Positions 30,754-39,687 of a stretch of 64,000 nucleotides of DNA are shown here, piece after piece. The notes beneath the pieces are model-generated. The model saw nothing but the letters and a program-made list of their open reading frames with translations. It was not told the DNA's origin and did not search any database. This stretch comes from an uncultured Gemmatimonadales bacterium. GTDB taxonomy: Bacteria; Gemmatimonadota; Gemmatimonadetes; Gemmatimonadales; GWC2-71-9. The DNA lies in assembly GCA_963695555.1 (NCBI GenBank), contig CAVOGR010000007.1:448001-512000 (forward strand). Reading direction: 5' to 3'. The position numbers were made by a program, and so were the translations under genes. Every line of letters begins with the position of its first letter. The first letter of the stretch is position 1.

Positions 30754-32036
30754 GGATCCTGGTCGTTGGCGGCGGCGGGAGGGAACACGCGCTCGCGTGG
30801 ACCCTCCGCCGCGAGGACCCGACGGCCGACATGTTCTGTGCCCCTGGGAATCCCGGCACGGCCGCGCTCGCCACCAACCTCCCCATCACCGCCGACGACG
30901 GGGACGGGCTCGTCGCTGCCGCGGCGCACAGCTCCATCGACCTTACGATCATCGGTCCGGAGGCCCCTCTGGCCGCCGGACTGGCCGACCGGCTTCGTGC
31001 GGCAGGCAGGGCCGTCTTCGGCCCTCAGAGCGCCGCCGCCCAACTCGAGGCCTCCAAGGCCTTCTCCAAGGAAGTGATGCGGCGGGCCGGCGTGCCGACC
31101 GCGAAGGCTCGTGCCTTCACGTCGGTCGATCACGCCCTCAAATACATCCGTACCCATCCCGAACCGCTCGTCGTCAAGGCCTCGGGCCTCGCGGCCGGCA
31201 AGGGTGTCATCGTCTGCGAGACGCGGGCGGACGCCATGCACGCCGTTCAATCGATGCTCGCCGACCGACGATTTGGAGATGCCGGAAGCCAAGTGCTGGT
31301 GGAGCAATTCCTCGAGGGTGAGGAGACGTCCATTCTCGCCGTGACCGACGGCGAGGAGATTGTGCTGCTTCCCGCATCCCAGGATCACAAACGGTTGAGC
31401 GAGCGCGATACCGGTCCCAACACTGGCGGGATGGGGGCCTACAGTCCCGTCTCGATCGTGACGCCCGAGCTGCTCGCGCGGGTCCGGGAGGAGGTTCTCG
31501 CGCCGACGCTCGAGGAGATGCGGCGCGCCGGCCAGCCGTTTACCGGAGTGTTGTACGCGGGTCTCATGATCGACTCGGCAGGCAATCCGTGGGTGGTGGA
31601 GTTCAACTGTCGCTTCGGTGACCCGGAAGCCCAGGTGGTGCTCCCGCTGGTGTCTGGCGGCCTCACCGAGAGCCTCATGGCCGTGGCACAGGGCAGGCCG
31701 CCGACTCCGATCGCGGTCGAGCCGAATGCCACGGCGGTCACGACGGTCCTGGCCGCCCGGGGCTACCCGGACCGACCGAAGCGCGGCGCGGCAATCACCA
31801 TCCCGGAGGACCTGGATCCTGGGGTGACGGTCTTTCATGCGGGCACCAAGCGCGACGAGGCCGGGAGGCTCTCGGTGAGCGGCGGCCGGGTGCTCGCGGT
31901 GACCGCGGTGGCCTCGAACATCGAGAAGGCGTGCCGCCTTTCGCGGGAGGCGGCGGAACGCATCACCTTCGAGGGCAAACATTTTCGGCCCGACATCGGA
32001 TGGCGCGAGGCTGAGCGGGTGGCACAAGGCACCTAG
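30750..32036 (+). CDS. purD: Phosphoribosylamine-glycine ligase
   Basis: GGGGREHA, GPEAPL, GPNTGGMG, EFNCRFGDPE. Confidence 0.97.
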   Translation: MRILVVGGGGREHALAWTLRREDPTADMFCAPGNPGTAALATNLPITADDGDGLVAAAAHSSIDLTIIGPEAPLAAGLADRLRAAGRAVFGPQSAAAQLEASKAFSKEVMRRAGVPTAKARAFTSVDHALKYIRTHPEPLVVKASGLAAGKGVIVCETRADAMHAVQSMLADRRFGDAGSQVLVEQFLEGEETSILAVTDGEEIVLLPASQDHKRLSERDTGPNTGGMGAYSPVSIVTPELLARVREEVLAPTLEEMRRAGQPFTGVLYAGLMIDSAGNPWVVEFNCRFGDPEAQVVLPLVSGGLTESLMAVAQGRPPTPIAVEPNATAVTTVLAARGYPDRPKRGAAITIPEDLDPGVTVFHAGTKRDEAGRLSVSGGRVLAVTAVASNIEKACRLSREAAERITFEGKHFRPDIGWREAERVAQGT

Positions 32037-32042
32037 GCGGCC

Positions 32043-32867
32043 ATGCCCGAGCTGCCGGAAGTCGAGACGATCGTTCGCCAGGTACGGCCCGCGCTGGTCG
32101 GCCGGACTATTACCCGGGCCGTCTTGTCGCACGACAATGTCTTGCGCGGTGTCACCAAGCGCCGTCTGTTGCGCGGCCTTCGAGGCGCCGGCATCCACGA
32201 TGTGGCACGACGGGCCAAGCACGCGATCATCGATCTCGGGTCCCACCGGCTCGTGATCCAACCTGGAATGACCGGCTCATTGATGGTCTACGACCGACCC
32301 CTGAGCAGGGACGAGGCCCGGTACGCCGTCTTGCGCGCTCCGCTCGACGACGGCACGGAGTTGATCTACCGCGACGTGCGCCGGATCGGGAGGATCTACC
32401 TCCTCGATCAGGCGGCCTATGAGGCGTACAGCGCAGGTCTGGGCCCCGAGCCGCTTGCTCGGTCCTTCGACGACGCGGCATTCGCTCGGGCCCTCGCCGG
32501 CACCAGGCAGGCAATCAAGAAGGCCATCATGGATCAGCGCCGCGTTGCCGGCATCGGGAACATTTACGCGAATGAAGCCTTGTTTGCCGCGCGGATCGAT
32601 CCGTCCAAGCCGGCCGATACGCTGCTGCGCGACCAGCGGATTCGACTCCGTCGTGAGGTGCGCCGGATCTTGAACGCAGCGGTTCGGTCGCAAGGATCCA
32701 CGGTGCGCGACTACCGCACCGGCACGGGGCAACAAGGCAGGTTCCAACTCGAACTCGAGGTGTACGGCCGCCAGGGCGAACCCTGCGCGGCGTGCGGCAC
32801 GCGCTTGACCGGGACCCATGCGATCGACGGACGGATAACCGTGTTTTGCCATCGGTGCCAAACCTGA
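32043..32867 (+). CDS. mutM: Formamidopyrimidine-DNA glycosylase
   Basis: MPELPEVET, GIGNIYANE, C-terminal CxxC..CxxCQ zinc finger. Confidence 0.96.
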   Translation: MPELPEVETIVRQVRPALVGRTITRAVLSHDNVLRGVTKRRLLRGLRGAGIHDVARRAKHAIIDLGSHRLVIQPGMTGSLMVYDRPLSRDEARYAVLRAPLDDGTELIYRDVRRIGRIYLLDQAAYEAYSAGLGPEPLARSFDDAAFARALAGTRQAIKKAIMDQRRVAGIGNIYANEALFAARIDPSKPADTLLRDQRIRLRREVRRILNAAVRSQGSTVRDYRTGTGQQGRFQLELEVYGRQGEPCAACGTRLTGTHAIDGRITVFCHRCQT

Positions 32868-32878
32868 GCGGAGGGGCC

Positions 32879-33973
32879 GTGCACCGGACGACGGCACTGC
32901 CGCTGCCGACGGCCGACCTCGCCGCGCTCAAGCGGCGCGTCGCGCTGCTCGCCGAGAACCGGCCAGCGGTGTACTGCATGACCGATGCAAGCGGCCGCAC
33001 CATCTATGTCGGCAAGGCCAAGAAGCTCCGGGCACGGCTCTTGTCGTACTTCCGAGCGCGGTATCCGGAAGACAAGGCCAGCCGCATCCTCCACGCGGCG
33101 GCGGATATCACCTGGCACTACGTGCCGAGCGAGTTTGCCGCGTATTTGGGCGAGCTGCGACAGATTCGCCGCCATCGTCCGGTGTTCAACGTCAAGTTGA
33201 ACCGGGCCCGCCGCGCCGTCTTCATCAAGCTCGTCGAGGGCCCCGCGCCGAAGTTGTCGTGGGGCGCCTGCCGAAACGACTCTACCCAACGGTGCTGGGG
33301 ACCCTTCACGTCATCGGGCCGGGTGGCGGACGCGGTGCGGACTCTCAACGATGTTCTCGGGCTCCGGGACTGTCGCGCGGCCATGCCCATGGTGTTCGCT
33401 GAGCAGGGTGACCTGTTCGACAGCCAACGGCGGGCGGCATGCCTCCGGCATGAGCTCGGGACCTGTGGCGGGCCTTGCGCGGGATTCGTCACCGTGTCGG
33501 CCTATCGGGACCGGATCGACACAGCGGTCGCGTTCTTGGAAGGCCGAACGATTCAGCCGATCGATCGAGTCCTGGACGCGATGCAGGAGGCAGGCGAGCG
33601 CGAGGAGTTCGAGCGTGCCACGCGCTGGCGGGAAAAATTCGAAGCGCTCGAGTGGCTCTTCGCCGCCGGCAACCGCGCCCGTGCTGCCGTCGATCTCCTC
33701 ACCTTCGTCTACCACGATCCCGGTACCTACGGCGACGACCGAGCGTATCTCATCCGGCAGGGAACGGTCCGGGCGTGTTTTCCGTATCCCGCAACACCGA
33801 TCGAGCGAGAAGCCTTCCGCGGAGTGGTAACCGATGAAATTGCGCTGCCCGCCCCCGCGGCTGGAGCGCTGCCGCCGGCCGCGATCGACGAAATCCTACT
33901 GATCATGTCGTGGTTTCGCCGGCATCCCGATGCGCTCAGGCGCACCACCAGCCTGGAGTCGTGGCTGGCCTAA
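32879..33973 (+). CDS. UvrC N-terminal/Cho-like GIY-YIG nuclease with Cys cluster and UVR domain
   Basis: AVY...IYVGKAKKLRARLLSYF; C..C..C..PC; EEFERATRWR; no RNase H/HhH half. Confidence 0.85.
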   Translation: MHRTTALPLPTADLAALKRRVALLAENRPAVYCMTDASGRTIYVGKAKKLRARLLSYFRARYPEDKASRILHAAADITWHYVPSEFAAYLGELRQIRRHRPVFNVKLNRARRAVFIKLVEGPAPKLSWGACRNDSTQRCWGPFTSSGRVADAVRTLNDVLGLRDCRAAMPMVFAEQGDLFDSQRRAACLRHELGTCGGPCAGFVTVSAYRDRIDTAVAFLEGRTIQPIDRVLDAMQEAGEREEFERATRWREKFEALEWLFAAGNRARAAVDLLTFVYHDPGTYGDDRAYLIRQGTVRACFPYPATPIEREAFRGVVTDEIALPAPAAGALPPAAIDEILLIMSWFRRHPDALRRTTSLESWLA

Positions 33974-33989
33974 TTCGGCACCGCCGTAT

Positions 33990-34475
33990 CTAGCGCGCGG
34001 CGTTGAGCGGTACGATCCGGGCCCGCGGCGGTATCCCTGCTTCCAACTCCATGATCCCTACCGACGGCTGGAGATCGAATCGCCGGGGGCCGGCGGCGCC
34101 GGGGTTCATGACCGTCACCACGGTATCCACGATCGTCAGCAGGGGGCGGTGGGTATGGCCGAAGAGGATGATCTCGGCCTCGGGGTACGCCTGATTCAGC
34201 GTGCCCGGCGTAGGGACTCCGAACGCGTCGCCATGGGTGAGCACAATCCGAAACCCGTCCACTTCGACCTCGACCACCGCAGCCAACCGATCGCGGAGCA
34301 GGAACCCGTCCGTATTGCCGTAGACAGCGGTGACCGGAGCGACCGCCTCCAGGTCGCTCAGGATGTCGAGCGATCCGACATCCCCGGCATGGAAGATCCG
34401 ATCCACCTCTTGGAATGCGGTGAAGACCTCGGGCCGGAGCAGGCCGTGGGTATCAGCGATGATGCCAAGACGCAC
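33990..34475 (-). CDS. YfcE-family metallophosphoesterase
   Basis: IADTHG, HAGD, GNTD, GHTH, NPG. Confidence 0.92.
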   Translation of the reverse strand: MRLGIIADTHGLLRPEVFTAFQEVDRIFHAGDVGSLDILSDLEAVAPVTAVYGNTDGFLLRDRLAAVVEVEVDGFRIVLTHGDAFGVPTPGTLNQAYPEAEIILFGHTHRPLLTIVDTVVTVMNPGAAGPRRFDLQPSVGIMELEAGIPPRARIVPLNAAR

Positions 34476-34478
34476 GCA

Positions 34479-35064
34479 CTACTCCCCGCCCCAGCGCTTG
34501 GCGATTTGGATGTCCAGGCCGAGGTGGTCGAGCACGCGTTGCACGATGAAGTCCACCAGCTCCTCGACCCGCGTCGGGCGGTGGTAGAATCCGGGCGCCG
34601 CCGGCAGCACGATGGCGCCGGCTTCGGTTACTGCGGTCAGGTTGCGGAGGTGGACGAGGGAGAGCGGTGTCTCTCGTGGCACGAGGATGAGGGGCCGGCG
34701 TTCCTTGAGCGTCACGTCGGCGGCGCGCTCGACCAGCGACCGGCTACTTCCCTGCGCGATGGCAGACACCGTGCCCATCGAGCACGGGCAGATCACCATG
34801 CCCGCGGTCTGCTGGGAGCCCGACGCCGGCAGGGCGCCGCGGTCGCCGTCGTGGAACTCGCGTACCGATGTCCAGTCGCCGCCGGTCGCGCGCGCCAGCG
34901 CCGCCATGTCCGCAAGCCCGCACTCCTCCTTGCAGGAGTCGCATGCCGTGCGTCGACACGGTGAGCCAGACCGGCACGCGTTGGCGGGCCAGAACCTCGA
35001 GCAACCGGACGGCATAGGGTGCGCCCGAGGCGCCGGTAATGGCAAGGACGATCGGGGAGTTCAC
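34479..35064 (-). CDS. ubiX: Flavin prenyltransferase UbiX (one frameshift near 34930)
   Basis: AITGASG in one frame; PCSMGT, RETPL, PGFYHRP in another. Confidence 0.85.
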
Positions 35065-35203
35065 TGGCCTCTCCGGTTTGGAGTGGGCGACTTGAGTGGG
35101 TGCTTCGGCCCGACCGGAGGCGGCACGCGCGACGGCCCGGGATGAGACGTCGACCGGCCGGGCGGTCTGTGTTTCCGGCTCGAGCGCTTCTTGACCTTCT
35201 TCC

Positions 35204-36102
35204 TCACGCGACGCGATCCACGAAGGCGAACACGAACAGGATGATAGAGATGACTCCATTCATCGTAAAGAAGGCCGCGTTGAGTCGCGACAGATCACCC
35301 GGCTTGACCAGCTGGTGCTCGTAGACCAAGATCATGGCCGCGACGACGACGCCGACGAAAAACCAGGCTCCGAATCCAGCCCCAACACCGAAGAGCACAA
35401 CGGCCGGGATGGTGATCCCGTGCAGGAGTTTGGCCAACAGGATGCTGCGCCGTTCCCCGAACCGAACGACCACGCTTCGAAGCCCCATGCGCCGGTCGAA
35501 GCGCGGCATCGGGCAAGGCATAGAAGATATCGAATCCGGCCACCCAGGTCGCGACGCCCACAGTGATCGCTCCCAGCACCCAGGCGGGATCGCTCCAGCT
35601 GCCGGTGACGGCCAGGTACCCTCCCACCGGCGCGATGGACAGGCTGAGCCCGAGCCAGATGTGGGGCCACCAGGTGAAGCGTTTGGTCAGGCTATAGGTC
35701 AGGATCCAGCCGAGCGCGACCGGCGAGAGGGCCAGACAGAGCGGGTTGAGGAGGGCCGCACTGCCGACGAACACCACGCTCGCCACGACCACGGAGATCC
35801 AGGCTTGGGCAAGCGTCAGGGCCCCGCGAGGCAGTTCTCGTCCGGCGGTCCTCGGGTTGAGCGCGTCGTACTGGCGATCGGCAATGCGATTGAATCCCAT
35901 CGCGGCCCAGCGGGCGGCGGTGAACGCCACGGGCACGAGCACGACGATGCGAAGCGACACCGGCGCGGTGAATGACGCGGCGACCACACCGATGCAGCGC
36001 GAACGGCAGCGCAAAGACGGTGTGGGGTAATCGAACGAAATTGAAATAGCGCGCCACGAGCGAGGTCCCGGCGAGCGTTTGCCCTTCGCGAGCCGTGCTC
36101 AC
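35204..36102 (-). CDS. ubiA: UbiA-like prenyltransferase (MqnP type), frameshifts near 35995 and 35500
   Basis: HTVFALPFA / AMGFNRIADRQYDALNPRT...GFDIFYAL / NAAFFTMNG split over 3 frames. Confidence 0.82.
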
Positions 36103-37580
36103 CGGAGCCGAAGGCCGAGGGATGGCCAGAGCGCGTCGACCGCAGCCTTGGTGTCGACGTCCATCTCGATCCTCTCGGGCCACTCCCGGTCGAAGCCCTC
36201 TTCTTTCCACTTCCGCGTCGCGTCGATTCCCATCTTGCTGCCGAAGGTGAAGGCACGACTGGCGTGGTCGAGCACGTCGACCGGCCCGGGCGTGAAGCGG
36301 ACGTCACGTTCCGGGTCGATGTTGTTGAGCGCGACCCACCAGGCTTCGTCCGGATCGCGCACGTTCACGTCCTGGTCGACGACGACGATCACTTTGGCGA
36401 GCGACATCAGCCCCTGGCCCCAGAGCGCGTTCATCACCTTGTAGGCCTGCCCGGGATACTGCTTGTCGATCGAGACGAAGACGAGATTGTGGAAGATCCC
36501 CGGGGCCGGCATGTGATAGTCAACGATCTCGGGAACCGTCAGCCGGAGCAGCGGCAGGAAGATCCGCTCGGTGGCGTGCCCGAGGTAGTAGTCCTCCATC
36601 GGCGGGCGGCCCACCAGGGTCGCGGGATAGATCGGGTTCTTCTGCATGGTGACGGCGGTGACGTGCACCCGGGGGTAGTAGTCGGCGAGCGAATAGAATC
36701 CGGTGTGATCGCCGAACGGGCCTTCGAGCACCAGCTCTTCCCGGGTCGATGTAGCCCTCGATCACGAACTCCGCCTCGGCCGGCACCTCGAGGTCGCAGG
36801 TGACCGCCTTGGCCAGTTCGACCGGCGCCGCGCGCAGGAAGCCGGCGAAGAGGAACTCGTCGATGGTCGGCGGGAGCGGCGCGGAGGCGGAGTAGATGCT
36901 CGCGGGGTCGCCGCCGAGGGCGATGACGACCGGCATCGTCTCGCCGCGGGCTGCCATTTCACGCCAGTGGGCGGCCCCGACCTTGTGCCGCTGCCAGTGC
37001 ATCGCCAGCGTGGTGCGATCCCCAGCACCTGGACCCGATACATCCCGACGTTGCGGATGCCACGACTCGGGTCGTCGGTGATCACCATCGGCAGGGTGAT
37101 GTAGCGGCCACCGTCCTCGGGCCAGGTCACCAGGAAGGGGATGTCGTCCAGGTCGATCTCGTCGCCGCGCTGGACCACCTCCTGGCACGCGGGCGTGCCT
37201 CCCTTGGTGCGCGGCGGGAACTTGGCGATCTCGGCCAGCTTGGGCAGCATCGACAGCTTGCCGAGCAGCCCCTCGGGCACCTTCAGCTTCAGGAGCTCGG
37301 CGATCCGGTCGCCGATGTCGTCCAGCCGGTCGACGCCGAGCGCCAGGCACATCCGCCGCATGGAGCCGAAGAGGTTGATCGCCACGGGGTAGCGGCTCGA
37401 CTGGCCGTTCTCGAGCATCACCCGCTCGAAGAGGAGCGCCGGACCGCCACCGGCACTCTTCATGGCGCGATCGGCGATCTCGGCGATCTCGAGACGGGCC
37501 CGGACCGGCTGGGCAATGCGCACCAGTTCGCCGATCTCGTCGATCGCGTCGAGAAAGTCGCGCAGGGAATCGTGTGGCAT
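36099..37580 (-). CDS. ubiD: UbiD-family menaquinone biosynthesis decarboxylase, frameshifts near 37020 and 36740
   Basis: NVGMYR / MHWQRHK / EGPFGDHTGFY, KMGIDAT split over 3 frames. Confidence 0.85.
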
Positions 37581-37641
37581 CAGCTCTCGATTGCTAGATG
37601 GGTGGGACCAGTGGGGCGTCGCGGCGGCTGGGACGGGCGTG

Positions 37642-38382
37642 TCATCGCGCGCGGTCTTGCTTCGTCCCCACGTGGAGCGCCGTCACCCCGCCGAGGAAGC
37701 GGGTGAAAGAAACGTCCGTGAATCCCGCGACCTCCATGCGCCGCGCCAACTCCGGCGGAGACGGAAAGTGAAGTGCCGACTCTGGTAACCAGCTATAGGC
37801 GGTCCTATGTTTCGAGACCATGCGGCCAATCAGGGGCAGCACGTGCTCGGAATAGAGCCGGTACAACCCGCGCAGCGGCTGCCTCGGCGGCACGCTCATC
37901 TCGACGATCACGAGGCGGGCCCCCGGCTTCAGCACTCGCACCGCCTCGACGAGGCCGGCATCGAGATCGACCAGGTTGCGCACACCCCATCCCACCATCG
38001 CCCCGTCGAAGGCGCCGCTCGGAAAGGGCAGCTCGATGGCGTCGGCGGCGACGGGTTTCAACCTGGTAGACTTTCCCCGACCCAACTCGAGCATGCGGCG
38101 CACGAAATCGGCGCCGACGATCTGCCCACGAAAACCGGGTTGGCGTGACAGGATCGCCCCGAAGTCCATCGTACCGGCGCAGAGATCGACATACCGGCCC
38201 TCGGGCGCGCGTTCCCAGCCCAGCCGCTCGACCGCGATGCGTCGCCACCTGAGGTCGAGCCGGAAGCTGATGATGCGGTTGAGTCGATCGTACGTCGGCG
38301 CGATCGCACCGAACATATCGCGGACGTACGCCCGTTTTTCCGGGCCTCCCGTGACGGGCAACTCTCGACCCGAGGCGTACAT
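37642..38382 (-). CDS. ubiE: Ubiquinone/menaquinone biosynthesis methyltransferase
   Basis: MFGAIAPTYDRLN, DLCAGTMD, RVLKPG, YSWLPES. Confidence 0.9.
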   Translation of the reverse strand: MYASGRELPVTGGPEKRAYVRDMFGAIAPTYDRLNRIISFRLDLRWRRIAVERLGWERAPEGRYVDLCAGTMDFGAILSRQPGFRGQIVGADFVRRMLELGRGKSTRLKPVAADAIELPFPSGAFDGAMVGWGVRNLVDLDAGLVEAVRVLKPGARLVIVEMSVPPRQPLRGLYRLYSEHVLPLIGRMVSKHRTAYSWLPESALHFPSPPELARRMEVAGFTDVSFTRFLGGVTALHVGTKQDRAR

Positions 38383-38435
38383 AAGATCGGAATGTAGTTT
38401 CCCGCTCATGATCGTGGCAACCACGCACTCGACCA

Positions 38436-39041
38436 GTGGCTAAGCCCCCACCCAACCTTCGCGAGGCCACCGATCAAGAGGTGGTCGCCCAGGCCCGGCT
38501 GGGGCGTGAAGCCGCGTATCGTGAATTGGTAAGGCGGTACGAGCGACCCATCTTCTCCCTCATTTATCGCATGGTCCGCGACCGGGAGCTGGCCGAGGAC
38601 TTGGCGCAGGAAACGTTCGTAAAGGCCCTGAAGGCGGTGGGCTCCTACCGCCCGGAATACAAGTTCAGCTCCTGGATCTTCAAGATCGCCAACAACGCCG
38701 CGATCGACCACCTCCGCAAGCGAGAACTCGCGACCCTCTCGATCGAAGGCTCGCCCCACGCGGTTACACCCGACGCCATGGAGGCCACGGCGCTCCAGAT
38801 CAGCGGCCGGCTGCCGGGCCCGCTCGAGGAGCTGGAGGCGCGGGAGCTGGGCGGAGCGATCGAGGAGGCCATCGGCCGGCTCCGCCCCGAGTACCGAGCA
38901 TGCATCCTGTTGCGCCACGTCGAAGGGCGGCCCTACGAGGAAATCGCCGAGATGTTGGGCCTCCCACTCGGGACGGTCAAGACGTATATCCACCGCGCGC
39001 GCTATGAACTGCGCGAGGCGCTCGCGCACCTCAGGGAATGA
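38436..39041 (+). CDS. ECF sigma-70 factor (SigW/RpoE-like)
   Basis: AEDLAQETF, FSSWIFKIANN, YEEIAEMLGLPLGTVKTYIHRAR. Confidence 0.93.
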   Translation: MAKPPPNLREATDQEVVAQARLGREAAYRELVRRYERPIFSLIYRMVRDRELAEDLAQETFVKALKAVGSYRPEYKFSSWIFKIANNAAIDHLRKRELATLSIEGSPHAVTPDAMEATALQISGRLPGPLEELEARELGGAIEEAIGRLRPEYRACILLRHVEGRPYEEIAEMLGLPLGTVKTYIHRARYELREALAHLRE

Positions 39042-39066
39042 AACTTTCCCAAAACCGGGGCCGTAA
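39039..39066 (+). promoter_or_regulatory. SigW-type ECF promoter TGAAAC-N17-CGTAA overlapping the sigma stop codon
   Basis: TGA stop plus AAC forms the -35; CGTA at 39062-39065; anti-sigma ATG at 39079. Confidence 0.6.
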
Positions 39067-39078
39067 GAGGGGCGAACT

Positions 39079-39687
39079 ATGGAAGAGCAACGCCAACTTC
39101 ACCTGTCGAATGATGAGGTCGACGCCTGGCTGGACGGGAGCCTTATCCCGCCCAGGCTCGCCCATCTCGACGCCTGCTTCCAATGTCGCACCCTGACTCG
39201 GGCCGAGCGGGTCGTGGTCCGGCGGCTCGAGGCCATGGAGCGGTTCGAGCCGAATCCTGGCTTCGTCGATCGGGTCATGGATCAGGTCGCGCTGCCGGAC
39301 CCGTTCGCCCTCCGTGCAGCGCGCGGCCTGTGGGACCGGGTGCATGCCAGCCGACGCACGCTTGCGATGGCGGCCTCGCTCATCGTGGTGCTCGGACTCT
39401 CGATGGGTGGGAGCGTCGCCTGGTCTTTGTCTCACTCTGAAACGCTTACCGCCTGGGGATCGTGGATCGCCACACAGGCGGGCAATTGGTTCTGGCTCGG
39501 GCTGCGCGGCGCTGTTTCGAACCTACTCGAGCACCCGTGGTATTACGCGCTGAGGAATACGGTCGGCACCCCGGAGCGCATCGCCATCGTATCCGCCGTC
39601 AACATGGTGATCTACCTCGGCGGCCTGTTGCTGCTGAAGCGCCTCTTGGCATTACCCGGTCGGCGGGTGGCCCATGCGCAGCCATAA
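39079..39687 (+). CDS. Zinc-finger (ZAS) anti-sigma factor with TM helices
   Basis: HLDACFQC (HxxxCxxC); follows the ECF sigma. Confidence 0.82.
   Translation: MEEQRQLHLSNDEVDAWLDGSLIPPRLAHLDACFQCRTLTRAERVVVRRLEAMERFEPNPGFVDRVMDQVALPDPFALRAARGLWDRVHASRRTLAMAASLIVVLGLSMGGSVAWSLSHSETLTAWGSWIATQAGNWFWLGLRGAVSNLLEHPWYYALRNTVGTPERIAIVSAVNMVIYLGGLLLLKRLLALPGRRVAHAQP

Noticed and set aside
34900..37050. Programmed ribosomal frameshifting in ubiD/ubiA/ubiX
   Set aside because: No slippery heptamers, mixed directions and too many sites.
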